A stretch of DNA of 64,000 nt, taken from Clostridia bacterium (GTDB taxonomy: Bacteria; Bacillota; Clostridia; Oscillospirales; CAG-272). This document shows positions 27,108 to 37,084 of the stretch, piece by piece. Within the stretch, counting starts at the first letter, position 1; every line of letters starts with the position of its first letter. The translations under genes were made by a program, and so were the position numbers. The notes beneath the pieces were generated by a model that was not told where the DNA came from, did not search any database, and saw nothing but the letters and a program-made list of their open reading frames with translations. The DNA lies in contig JAFVVP010000004.1 of the NCBI GenBank assembly GCA_017502135.1, positions 47,923 through 111,922 on the forward strand, given 5' to 3'.

Positions 27108-29696
27108 ATGGCGCTGTCTCAGATGATGCAGCAGTACATGGACATAAAAAACCAGTATAAGGATTTTATTCTTTTCTACCGGCTGGGCGATTTTTACGAG
27201 ATGTTTTTTGACGACGCCAAGCTCGTCTCGTCGGAACTGGAGTTGACTCTTACCGGTCGGGACTGCGGTGAGCCGGAGCGCGCGCCCATGTGCGGCGTTC
27301 CGTACCACGCGTCAGAGGAGTACATCGGCAGACTCATCGAAAAAGGATATAAGGTCGCCGTCTGTGAGCAGATGGAAGACCCGAAAAGCGCGAAGGGTAT
27401 CGTCCGCCGCGACGTCGTCCGCATCATAACGCCGGGCACCGTGACGGACAAACAGCACCTCACCGACAATCAGAACAACTATCTTGCGATGATCTACTAC
27501 GATGGCGACAGCGCAGGTATCTGTTTTGCGGATATCTCAACGGCGTACGTTGCTGCCACTTCGTTTACAGGCGGTGAGCTTCTCTCTAACCTCGAAAATG
27601 AGATTTCGACTTATGCGCCCCGCGAGATATTGATCAATACCTCGTTTGATCTTTTGCCGGGGCTACGCTCGTTTATTGAGGAGCGCATCGGCTGTCTTAC
27701 GGATGACGGGCATCCCGAATATTTCGTGCGGCACGAGTGTATCGAGCGGGCAGAGGAGCAGTTTTCTCTGAAAGAAAGCGAAGAGAATCGCTACGCACTC
27801 ATCGCGGCAGGGGCGGCTGTCGGCTATATCTCCGCTATGCAGATGACGGATATCTCCTTCCTTAGAGAACTGAATCTGTATAAATCCGGCCAGTTTCTCG
27901 ATATGGATATATCCACGAGAAGAAATCTTGAACTGAGAGAGACGATGCTCACGAAAGAACGGCGCGGCTCGCTTCTGTGGGTCCTGGATCACACCAGCAC
28001 GTCTATGGGAGCCCGACTCCTTCGCCAGTTCATTGAGCACCCTCTTACGAACGTCAATCAAATTATGCGCCGTCAAGGTGCCGTTTCCGAACTGTACGGC
28101 GATTTTATGATGCGGGAGGATCTCATATCTCTCCTTAAGGATCGGCTGGATCTCGAACGTCTCATCACCCGTATCAGTATCGGTACGGCGGGTGCGCGGG
28201 ATCTCAGGGCGATCTCACAAAGCATCAGTACACTTCCCGAAATAAAAGCGCTTCTGCTCGAGAAGGCGCAGTCGGAAGAACTTTCGGTAATTGCAGAATC
28301 CATTGACGAGTTGACGGATATCCGAGAACTCATCGACGCCGCTATCGTAGACGAGCCGCCGTTTTCCGTAAGGGAAGGCGGCATGATCCGCGACGGATAC
28401 AGCCGAGACGTGGATGCTCTTCGTGCCATTATGGCGGACGGCAAAGGCTGGATCGCGCGCGTGGAAGCAGAAGAGCGTGAGAAAACCGGTATTAAGAATC
28501 TGCGCATCAGTTACAACCGTGTGTTCGGGTATTATATCGAGGTTACGAAATCGTTCCAGAATCTCGTGCCCGAGAGTTATATCCGTAAGCAAACTTTGGC
28601 AAATGCCGAAAGATACATAACCGACGAGCTGAAGGACACGGAAGCCACGATTTTGGGCGCGGCGGACAAGGTTCAGAATCTCGAATACGAGCTGTTCGTC
28701 CGCATCCGCGAAGAAGTAGGGAAGGCGGCGGAAAGAATCCGTGCCGCGGCGGCCGCTTTGGCGCGCATCGACGTGTACGTATCTCTTGCCGTGACGGCGG
28801 CGGAGAACAACTACGTTTGCCCCGAGGTCGATTACAGCGACGTCATCGACATCAAAGACGGACGCCATCCGGTCGTGGAGCGCTTCGTCAGAGATTCGTA
28901 TTTTGTTCCGAACGACGCGTATCTCGACTGCTCATCGAACCGGCTTATGCTTATCACCGGGCCGAATATGGCAGGTAAATCGACGTATATGCGCCAGACG
29001 GCGCTCATCATTCTCATGGCGCAGATCGGGTCGTTTGTGCCCGCAAGGTCAGCGCGGATCGGTGTCGTTGACCGACTCTTTACCCGCGTGGGCGCCTCGG
29101 ACGATCTCGCTTCCGGACAGTCGACCTTCATGCTCGAGATGCGCGAGGTTGCGTTCATTCTTGCCCACGCCACCCGCCGCAGTTTTATCATTTACGATGA
29201 GATCGGACGCGGCACGAGCACGTACGACGGTATGAGCATCGCCCGCGCCGTGGCGGAATTTACAAACGGTAAAAAGATCGGTGCGAAAACGATGTTCGCG
29301 ACGCACTACCACGAACTGACCGCTCTCGAAGGGGAGATGGACGGCATCGTCAATTATAACATCGCCGCGAAGAAACGCGGGGCGGATATTATTTTCCTTC
29401 GTAAAATCGTACGCGGTCCGACCGACGACAGCTACGGCATCGAGGTCGCGCGTCTTGCCGGTGTTCCAGACGAGGTAACTCGCCGCGCGAAGGAGATTCT
29501 CAAAGATCTTGAATCGGAAGGGAAGCGCGAGAGACTCATTTCTCGCGATGAACCCGAGTCGGCGGCGAACATGACGCTTACGTTTGCGGACAGTGCCGCC
29601 GAGCAGATCAAGGACGAGCTTAGAAAACTGGACATTAACACGCTAACGCCGATTGAGGCGATGACTTTCCTCTATGAGTGGAAGAAACTTTTATAA
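27108..29696 (+). CDS. mutS: DNA mismatch repair protein MutS
   Basis: GDFYEMF, GPNMAGKST, DEIGRGT. Confidence 0.98.
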   Translation: MALSQMMQQYMDIKNQYKDFILFYRLGDFYEMFFDDAKLVSSELELTLTGRDCGEPERAPMCGVPYHASEEYIGRLIEKGYKVAVCEQMEDPKSAKGIVRRDVVRIITPGTVTDKQHLTDNQNNYLAMIYYDGDSAGICFADISTAYVAATSFTGGELLSNLENEISTYAPREILINTSFDLLPGLRSFIEERIGCLTDDGHPEYFVRHECIERAEEQFSLKESEENRYALIAAGAAVGYISAMQMTDISFLRELNLYKSGQFLDMDISTRRNLELRETMLTKERRGSLLWVLDHTSTSMGARLLRQFIEHPLTNVNQIMRRQGAVSELYGDFMMREDLISLLKDRLDLERLITRISIGTAGARDLRAISQSISTLPEIKALLLEKAQSEELSVIAESIDELTDIRELIDAAIVDEPPFSVREGGMIRDGYSRDVDALRAIMADGKGWIARVEAEEREKTGIKNLRISYNRVFGYYIEVTKSFQNLVPESYIRKQTLANAERYITDELKDTEATILGAADKVQNLEYELFVRIREEVGKAAERIRAAAAALARIDVYVSLAVTAAENNYVCPEVDYSDVIDIKDGRHPVVERFVRDSYFVPNDAYLDCSSNRLMLITGPNMAGKSTYMRQTALIILMAQIGSFVPARSARIGVVDRLFTRVGASDDLASGQSTFMLEMREVAFILAHATRRSFIIYDEIGRGTSTYDGMSIARAVAEFTNGKKIGAKTMFATHYHELTALEGEMDGIVNYNIAAKKRGADIIFLRKIVRGPTDDSYGIEVARLAGVPDEVTRRAKEILKDLESEGKRERLISRDEPESAANMTLTFADSAAEQIKDELRKLDINTLTPIEAMTFLYEWKKLL

Positions 29697-29720
29697 CCGA
29701 TAAATGAAAAGGAGGGCGCA

Positions 29721-31748
29721 ATGGGAAAAATTCAGGTTTTGAGTTTTGACGTGGCGAATCTTATCGCGGCAGGCGAGGTGGTTGACCGCCCGGCTTCCGT
29801 CATCAAAGAGCTTCTTGAAAACGCCATCGACGCCGGCGCGACTTCCGTTACGGTGGAGATCCAGAACGGCGGTATCTCGTTTATGCGCGTGTCCGACGAC
29901 GGATGCGGCATGGAGCCGGATGAACTCCCTGTGGCTGTTCTCCGCCACGCGACGAGCAAGATTCGAACGGCGGAGGATCTTGACGGAATCGAAACGCTTG
30001 GATTCCGCGGGGAGGCTTTAGCCGCGATTTCCTCCGTATCAAAAGTGCGGATATTCTCGAAAACGCACGATGCCGAGTTCGGGGCTCTTATGGAGTGCAA
30101 CGGCGGCAGCGTTGTGAGTGTTACCGAAACGGGCTGTGCCCCCGGTACGACTGTAATCGTTGAGGAACTGTTTTATAATGTTCCCGCGCGTCGGAAATTT
30201 CTCAAGAAGGATTCTACCGAAACGGTCGCCGTGGGCGGTGTTGTCGAGAAGATCGCCCTTTCCTCGCCGGAGATTTCGATCAAATACATAGCCGACGGGG
30301 AAGTGAAGTTCATGACCGCCGGCGACGGTAATCTCAAAAACACGATTTACGCGCTCTACGGCAGAGAAACGGCCTCGCGCCTTTTGCCTGTTGATCGGAG
30401 CGAAGGCGGCATCCGCGTTACGGGATACGTTTCGGAGCCGTCTCTTATCCGTTCGAACCGCAATCAAGAGAACTTTTTTATCAACGGCCGCTACATCAAG
30501 AGCCGCACGGCAACGGCGGCGCTCGAGCAGGCGTTCGTTACGAGAATCCCCTCGGAGAAGTTTCCGTTCTGCGTTCTCAATATTGAACTGAATCCGGAGG
30601 CGGTGGATGTGAATGTGCATCCCGCAAAGCTGGAGGTCAAGTTCTCCAATGAAAAACTGATCTTTGATGCGGTCTACTACGCCGTTATGAGCCCGCTTGA
30701 AAGCATCACGCTCCGACCGGAGCTAAAGATCGACAGCCGGGTAGCACAAGCGATGTCGAAGATCGAAATCTCGCCTGTTGCGCATCCGGCAACGCCGGCT
30801 GTACCCAACCCGGCTCCCAAAAAAGAATCGTTTTGGGTGAGCGGGGAAGAAGCACGAAAACTTTTCGGTGCGACGCACGCGAGGGGCGATACTGTGAACG
30901 CCGTCCGTTCGCAGGTAAAAATGGAGACGCCCGGTATGACGGCCGCCGCTACCCCGACGGATTACGGATTTACTCCGTTGCGCTCCGGAAAATATGACGT
31001 GCCTCCCTTGCCGACGGACAGAGATGTACCGCCCCCGTATCGTGAACCGGTAAAACCGACCGCACCCACCGCGTCCGAGAGGGCAGAGACTTTCTCAAAG
31101 CCTCCGGTGGCAGAACCCGCAGTAGAATATGTTTCCGAAGAGTCGGATATCCCCGATTACGTCATTATAGGTGAGGCGTACAACACGTACATCATCGTTC
31201 AGCTCGATGACCGTCTCATTTTCATTGATAAGCACGCCGCGCACGAACGGATCATTTTCGACGGGCTTTGTGCACATCTGCGCGGACGACCGAAGAACGG
31301 ACAGCTTCTCCTCGTCCCGATCGAGATCCCCATGTCGGAAGGACAGATCCTTGCACTCGAAGAAAATCGGGCGAATATTGAGGCGATTGGCTTCGGCTTC
31401 AAAAAAGAGAGCAACAAAATCGCCGTTACGGAAATCCCAACGGAGATCCACCGAGACGATACGGAGAATATGCTTCTCACCTTGGCGGATCGGCTCGCCG
31501 AGGGCATCGGCACGGTGGAGAGCACCTCGCTTGAATTCTTTGAGGAAAAACTGTTCCAGGCATCCTGCAAGGCTGCGATCAAAGGCGGAAGACTGTACAG
31601 TATTGAGAACATCCGTTGGATCTGTGACCGCACGCTCCAAAAACCGAAAAACGGAGGTTCCGTTATCCGCACTTGTCCGCACGGGCGATCCGTAGCATTT
31701 GAACTGAGCAAAAATTCGATGGAAAGGCAGTTTTCCCGCATCGTTTGA
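29721..31748 (+). CDS. mutL: DNA mismatch repair endonuclease MutL
   Basis: IAAGEVV, GFRGEAL, DKHAAHER, CPHGR. Confidence 0.97.
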   Translation: MGKIQVLSFDVANLIAAGEVVDRPASVIKELLENAIDAGATSVTVEIQNGGISFMRVSDDGCGMEPDELPVAVLRHATSKIRTAEDLDGIETLGFRGEALAAISSVSKVRIFSKTHDAEFGALMECNGGSVVSVTETGCAPGTTVIVEELFYNVPARRKFLKKDSTETVAVGGVVEKIALSSPEISIKYIADGEVKFMTAGDGNLKNTIYALYGRETASRLLPVDRSEGGIRVTGYVSEPSLIRSNRNQENFFINGRYIKSRTATAALEQAFVTRIPSEKFPFCVLNIELNPEAVDVNVHPAKLEVKFSNEKLIFDAVYYAVMSPLESITLRPELKIDSRVAQAMSKIEISPVAHPATPAVPNPAPKKESFWVSGEEARKLFGATHARGDTVNAVRSQVKMETPGMTAAATPTDYGFTPLRSGKYDVPPLPTDRDVPPPYREPVKPTAPTASERAETFSKPPVAEPAVEYVSEESDIPDYVIIGEAYNTYIIVQLDDRLIFIDKHAAHERIIFDGLCAHLRGRPKNGQLLLVPIEIPMSEGQILALEENRANIEAIGFGFKKESNKIAVTEIPTEIHRDDTENMLLTLADRLAEGIGTVESTSLEFFEEKLFQASCKAAIKGGRLYSIENIRWICDRTLQKPKNGGSVIRTCPHGRSVAFELSKNSMERQFSRIV

Positions 31749-31775
31749 CGATGCGCGGGATTTGGAATAAACCGT

Positions 31776-32912
31776 ATGTTTGAACTGATAAAAAAAGACG
31801 GAAACGCCCGCCGCGGCAGACTCATTACCCCGCACGGGGTCATAGAGACGCCGGTCTTCATGAACGTGGCGACCTGCGGCGCGATTAAGGGCGGTCTTTC
31901 GGCAATAGATCTATCCGAGATCAACTGCCAGGTTATGCTCTCGAACACGTATCATCTGCATATTCGTCCCGGCGATCATCTCGTAAAAGAGATGGGCGGC
32001 CTTCAGAAGTTCACTGGCTGGACCGGCCCCACGCTCACCGACAGCGGCGGATTTCAGGTGTTCTCTCTGGCGGCACTTCGCCGTATCAAGGAGGAGGGCG
32101 TGTATTTCGCTTCTCACATCGACGGAAAGCGGATTTTCATGGGTCCCGAGGAGAGCATGCAGATCCAGTCGCACCTCGGCTCCACGATCGCTATGGCGTT
32201 CGACGAGTGCATTGAGAATCCCGCGGAATACAATTATACGAAAGCATCCACTGACCGGACGGTCCGATGGCTCCTCCGCTGTAAGACGGAACTCGATCGG
32301 CTGAACGCGCTTCCCGATACGGTGAACCCAAAACAGATGCTGTTCGGTATCAATCAGGGCTCCACGTACGAGGATCTTCGTATCCGTCATATGAAGCAGA
32401 TCGCCGAGATGGATCTCGACGGATACGCGATCGGCGGCCTTGCCGTAGGTGAGGAGGCAGAGGAAATGTACCGCATCATTGAAGCGGTCGAGCCGTATAT
32501 GCCCACGCACAAGCCCAGATATCTCATGGGCGTAGGTACGCCGCAGAATATTCTTGAAGCGGTGCACCGCGGTGTCGATTTCTTCGACTGCGTAATGCCG
32601 TCCCGTAACGCGCGCCACGGCAATCTCTTTACGTGGAAGGGCAAGATGAACCTTCTGAACGAGAAGTACGCAAAAGACGAGCGCCCGATTGATGAAAACT
32701 GCGGATGTCCCGCCTGCCGTAATCACAGCCGCGGCTATATCCGCCACCTCATCAAGGCAAAAGAGGCGCTTGGTATGCGCCTTGCCTGCACGCACAATCT
32801 CTATTTCTACAATGAACTGATGCAGAAGATCCGGGATGCCCTCGACGGGGATTACTTTGAGAGCTTCTATCAGAAATATCACGAGCTTCTGGCGGAGCGC
32901 TCGCCGGACTGA
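31776..32912 (+). CDS. tgt: tRNA-guanine transglycosylase
   Basis: TDSGGFQ, FDEC, GGLAVGE, YLMGVG, CGCPAC...H. Confidence 0.97.
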   Translation: MFELIKKDGNARRGRLITPHGVIETPVFMNVATCGAIKGGLSAIDLSEINCQVMLSNTYHLHIRPGDHLVKEMGGLQKFTGWTGPTLTDSGGFQVFSLAALRRIKEEGVYFASHIDGKRIFMGPEESMQIQSHLGSTIAMAFDECIENPAEYNYTKASTDRTVRWLLRCKTELDRLNALPDTVNPKQMLFGINQGSTYEDLRIRHMKQIAEMDLDGYAIGGLAVGEEAEEMYRIIEAVEPYMPTHKPRYLMGVGTPQNILEAVHRGVDFFDCVMPSRNARHGNLFTWKGKMNLLNEKYAKDERPIDENCGCPACRNHSRGYIRHLIKAKEALGMRLACTHNLYFYNELMQKIRDALDGDYFESFYQKYHELLAERSPD

Positions 32913-32951
32913 CTGACGATTTTCTAAATACAATTTTGTGAGGACGAAAAA

Positions 32952-34109
32952 ATGGCAAACAAAATGGCAGCAATTATTAACGCGAACGTCGTACTTGAGA
33001 ACGGGATCATCTGGGACGGCGTGATCATTATCGCCGACGGAAAAATCGTGAAGGCGGAGGAGAAGACAAAGATAGAGATTCCCGCTGATGCGGAGATCAT
33101 TGATGCCGAGGGCGCGTACGTCGGTCCCGGTTTCGTCGATATTCACGTGCACGGTGGCATCGGCGAAAACCTGTTTGTTGATCCGGAGACTGTCGCCGAG
33201 CATTTCTTAAAGCACGGCGAAACGACCATCTTGGCAACACCGATCTCCACGTTCCCCTTTGACGTAATGATGCAGGGCGTTGAGAACATCAGACGTGCTC
33301 TGACAACGACGAAGAACGTCAAGGGCGTATATATGGAAGGCCCGTACATGAATCCCGAGTACGGCGCAGGCCGCGGCAGACTTACGTGGAGCCTTGAGAT
33401 CAACAAAGAGAACTACGAGCCGCTCGCAGACGCACTCGGCGATATGGTGAAGGTCTGGTCGATCGCGCCCGAGCGCCCGGGCATTATGCCGTTCATTCAG
33501 TACGTGCGCCGTGTGAATCCGAACGTAGTTTTGTCCGTTGGACACAGCGAGGCGACACCGGAGCAGGTGCGCGCGCTTGGTCCCGAGTACCGTCCCACTC
33601 TTATGACGCACATCATGAACGCAACGGGAAGAACGACAGGCGGCGGCGGTGTGCGCGGCTACGGCCCGGACGAATACTGCCTTGCCGATAATGAAATGTA
33701 CGCAGAAATGATCAGCGACTCTCTCGGCGTGCACGTTCACTCCGATCTGCAGCGGATGATCGTGAAATGTAAGGGTATCGAACGCGTCGTTCTGATAACG
33801 GACAGCACCTGTGCGAAGGGAACTCCCCCTCCGCAGTATGCGCACACGCCAGATATCAACTTCACGCCGGAAGGCGCTATTTCCGGCAGCAAACTCACCA
33901 TGGATCTTGCCTGCCGCAACATTATGAAGCATACGAACTGCGGCATCGCGCAGGCGTTTTTGATGGCATCACTGAACCCCGCCCGCGCGGTCGGAATGGA
34001 TAAAGAGATCGGCTCGATCGAACCCGGAAAGAATGCGGACCTCGTATTCGTTGACGATAAATTCAACGTCAAGGAAGTTATGGTCGGCGGAGAAATCTGC
34101 AAGTTCTGA
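32952..34109 (+). CDS. nagA: N-acetylglucosamine-6-phosphate deacetylase-like amidohydrolase
   Basis: PGFVDIHVHG, MEGPY, GHS, THIMNA, LITDS. Confidence 0.75.
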   Translation: MANKMAAIINANVVLENGIIWDGVIIIADGKIVKAEEKTKIEIPADAEIIDAEGAYVGPGFVDIHVHGGIGENLFVDPETVAEHFLKHGETTILATPISTFPFDVMMQGVENIRRALTTTKNVKGVYMEGPYMNPEYGAGRGRLTWSLEINKENYEPLADALGDMVKVWSIAPERPGIMPFIQYVRRVNPNVVLSVGHSEATPEQVRALGPEYRPTLMTHIMNATGRTTGGGGVRGYGPDEYCLADNEMYAEMISDSLGVHVHSDLQRMIVKCKGIERVVLITDSTCAKGTPPPQYAHTPDINFTPEGAISGSKLTMDLACRNIMKHTNCGIAQAFLMASLNPARAVGMDKEIGSIEPGKNADLVFVDDKFNVKEVMVGGEICKF

Positions 34110-34123
34110 TCTTCCTTTACACG

Positions 34124-34155
34124 AAAAGGCTCACAATCCTCGGATTGTGAGCCTT
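34124..34155. terminator. Bidirectional terminator / palindromic repeat copy 1
   Basis: AAGGCTCACAATC...GATTGTGAGCCTT between convergent genes. Confidence 0.75.
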
Positions 34156-34167
34156 CAATATTATTTG

Positions 34168-35481
34168 TCAGAGGAGAGCTTCCTCTTCTTTCTCCTCTTT
34201 AACCTCATGGAGGATCGTGAGTTTTGTTACACGCTCTTCATCCATGTGTGCTACGATAATGAAGAGATTTTCATAGCGGAAGCTGTCGCCTACGTGCGGA
34301 TCGGCATCCAGCATCTCGATCGCCCAGCCGCCCATCGTGGAATACTTGCAGGCGAACTCTTCGGGCTTCGTGAAGTCGATCTCCTCGAAAAAGTCGTCGA
34401 TGTTCATATCGCCGTTCACCTCGTAGGTGTTCTCACCTGTTGCGATACACTCGTTTACGATAACGTCCGTATCGTCCCAGATGTCGCCTACGATCTCCTC
34501 GAGGATATCTTCCATACTGACGATGCCCAGCGTTCCGCCGAATTCGTCAATGACGACGGCAAGGTGCATTTTTGCTTCGCGTAGTTTTGCCAGCGCTGCA
34601 GGCAGCTTCATCGTTTTGTGAAGCTTGCACGGCTTCAGAAGGAGAGAACGGATGTCGGCGCCGTCGGTGAGATACGCCTTATAGTACCGCGTCAGAGACA
34701 ATACGCCGATAATATTATCGATGCTGTCCTCGTACACGGGGATGCGTGAAAACTGCGTTGAATCGGAGAGGAGTGCCGCCACGTCTTCTTTGTCGGCGTT
34801 GATATCAAGGGCAACCATGTCCATACGCGGCGTCATGATCTCTTCGATGGTAATATCGTGAAAGAGGAGCATGGACTGGAGCAGATCACCCTGTTCTTCG
34901 TTAATGACTCCTTCTTCTTCGACCGTGTCAATGATCGTTACGAGTTCTTCTTCGGTTACGGTCGGCTCGTCGTTTTTGTGATCGTTGCCCCAGAGCTTGC
35001 GAAGGAAGAAGAGTAGGCCCATAACGATAAATACGATCGGGCTTAAGAGAATCATCAAGATACGCGTAGGAATTGCAATAAAGTGGACGACGACATCTGC
35101 ATGCTGTTTTGCAAGCACCTTCGGAATGATTTCTCCGAAAATCAGAATAATGATCGTCACGAGAATCGTAGCGATGGTGGACGCAAGTCCCACGTTATCG
35201 TGAAAGAGATTCAGAACAATGAGCGTGGTACAGGTGGAAATTGCGATATTGGCAAGGTTGTTGCCGATGAGGATTGCGGAGAGCGCCGTTGTGAATTTCT
35301 GCGTAATGTTGTAGGCGATTTTTGCTGTGGTACTGCCGTTTTCCGCTGCGTGTCGCAGACGCATCTTATTCGAGGAGTTAAACGTGATTTCGGAAGCGGA
35401 GAAGTACGCGGACAGACAGAGCATCAGGAAAATGACGAGATAAGCCCACCACATATACGCGAGATGTTCGGAGAACGTCAT
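34168..35481 (-). CDS. CNNM/CorB-HlyC family membrane protein (DUF21-CBS-CorC)
   Basis: FSASE, ILIGNN, GEIIPK, FSRIPVY, DEFGG. Confidence 0.92.
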   Translation of the reverse strand: MTFSEHLAYMWWAYLVIFLMLCLSAYFSASEITFNSSNKMRLRHAAENGSTTAKIAYNITQKFTTALSAILIGNNLANIAISTCTTLIVLNLFHDNVGLASTIATILVTIIILIFGEIIPKVLAKQHADVVVHFIAIPTRILMILLSPIVFIVMGLLFFLRKLWGNDHKNDEPTVTEEELVTIIDTVEEEGVINEEQGDLLQSMLLFHDITIEEIMTPRMDMVALDINADKEDVAALLSDSTQFSRIPVYEDSIDNIIGVLSLTRYYKAYLTDGADIRSLLLKPCKLHKTMKLPAALAKLREAKMHLAVVIDEFGGTLGIVSMEDILEEIVGDIWDDTDVIVNECIATGENTYEVNGDMNIDDFFEEIDFTKPEEFACKYSTMGGWAIEMLDADPHVGDSFRYENLFIIVAHMDEERVTKLTILHEVKEEKEEEALL

Positions 35482-36815
35482 ACACCCACCTCCTCTTCAG
35501 CCGCAAGGGCTCGTTCGGCCAGTGCCTCTTCGTCCAGAATACGGATAATTACCTCGGTAACACCTTTTTCCTGCACGGATTTGGCTGTGAATTCGAGATT
35601 GCCGTGAAGAAATGATTCATCCTCTGCGGGCAGATGTCCGAGCGTTTCAAGAATAAAGGAAACGATCGGCTTGGAAGCCAAAGCCGGCGTAGGGGGCAAA
35701 AGTCCCATCCGTTCGTATGCGTTTCCGAGAAGCATGTGGGTGTTGACCATGTATCGATTACCGCCGAGGGAGTAGAAGTTTTTGTCTACCTGGTCGTCCT
35801 CGTCGAAAATTTCACCGACAAGTTCCTCAAGGATGTCTTCGATGGTAATAAGTCCGACTACCTTCTTGTTATCGTCGCACACGATGGCAAGATGACACTT
35901 GTGCTGACGCATATCGTTCAGAAGATTGTCGATCTTCGCTTTGCTTTTCACGATATAAGGCGGAATCATTACGGAGCGAAGTTTCACCGCAGGATTCCGT
36001 TTGTATTCGGTGAGAAACGCGCGTGTGCGGAGAATACCGATCACGCGGTCAGAATTTGCTGCCTTGATGGGCAGACGGGAGTGGCGTGTTTCGAGAATCG
36101 TTTCGAGAATCTGTTCGGTGGAATCGTTTATATGGAGATAAACGATATCCTTTTCCATCGTCATAATATCGTCCGCCGTTGTTTTGGCGAATTCGAGGGC
36201 TGATTTGAGCATGTCGCCCTGCTCCTCGTCCACGACGCCTTCTTCCTCTGCCGTATCAATGATCTCTGTCAGTTCGTCTTCGGTGATGGAAGGCTCCGCT
36301 TCGCCGAATGAAAACAGACGGGTAACGAACGAGGAGATTTTGTTGAAAAATGCGGCAACGGGGTAGAGGATTTTCATAAGAAACCGGAGCGACCCTTGGA
36401 AAAAGAGGGAGACGCTCTCGCTGCGGTCGTTGGCAAAACTTTTGGGAATCATTTCGCTGAAAAGGAAAATGATCGCCGTGCTTGCCGCGGAGCAGATCAT
36501 GGAGAAACCGAAAGAATCGAGAAAACTATCGGATTTACTGAAGTAATTCCGGGCTATATCAGTAGCCAGAATGGTAAAAATCGCGGCGCCGGCTATTTTG
36601 GTAACGTTGTTTCCTACGAGAAGCGTAGTCAACGCCTGTTCAAACCTGTTTAGTATGTACATAACGCCTTTTGCCGATTTATTGCCGTCATCAGCCATGG
36701 CTTTGACTTTGATCTTGTTGACAGCGGAAAAAGAACTTTCCGTAGCCGCAAAATACGCACCGCCGATAACGCAAAGTAAAAACGCGCACCATAAAGGTAT
36801 ACTGTCACTGCCCAT
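35478..36815 (-). CDS. CNNM/CorB-HlyC family membrane protein, tandem paralog
   Basis: FAATE, LLVGNN, SEMIPK, HSRLPI; promoter TTGACA-17-TAGAAT at 36873-36901. Confidence 0.9.
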   Translation of the reverse strand: MGSDSIPLWCAFLLCVIGGAYFAATESSFSAVNKIKVKAMADDGNKSAKGVMYILNRFEQALTTLLVGNNVTKIAGAAIFTILATDIARNYFSKSDSFLDSFGFSMICSAASTAIIFLFSEMIPKSFANDRSESVSLFFQGSLRFLMKILYPVAAFFNKISSFVTRLFSFGEAEPSITEDELTEIIDTAEEEGVVDEEQGDMLKSALEFAKTTADDIMTMEKDIVYLHINDSTEQILETILETRHSRLPIKAANSDRVIGILRTRAFLTEYKRNPAVKLRSVMIPPYIVKSKAKIDNLLNDMRQHKCHLAIVCDDNKKVVGLITIEDILEELVGEIFDEDDQVDKNFYSLGGNRYMVNTHMLLGNAYERMGLLPPTPALASKPIVSFILETLGHLPAEDESFLHGNLEFTAKSVQEKGVTEVIIRILDEEALAERALAAEEEVGV

Positions 36816-36980
36816 TGAGAAATCAACTCCTTAAAGTATAGTCATATTGTAAAAATTTTGTCGCTAACTATAATTCTATCATTTTTATCGGTATTTGTCA
36901 AGGTATTGCTTGCGTCTGTAAAAAGAGAGGAAGAATGCATTCGCTGCTCAATCACTTCCTTATATTCAAGGTATTAACAC

Positions 36981-37009
36981 TTGACTTTACCGCGCGATTT
37001 ATGTATAAT
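36981..37009 (+). promoter_or_regulatory. sigmaA-type promoter of the rnf operon
   Basis: TTGACT-17 bp-TATAAT. Confidence 0.7.
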
Positions 37010-37084
37010 CATGTACAGTGGGTGTACTGTGCGGTGGACACCTTTTTGCCGCATAGACACAATAGAAAAGAAAGGTACAAAGAT

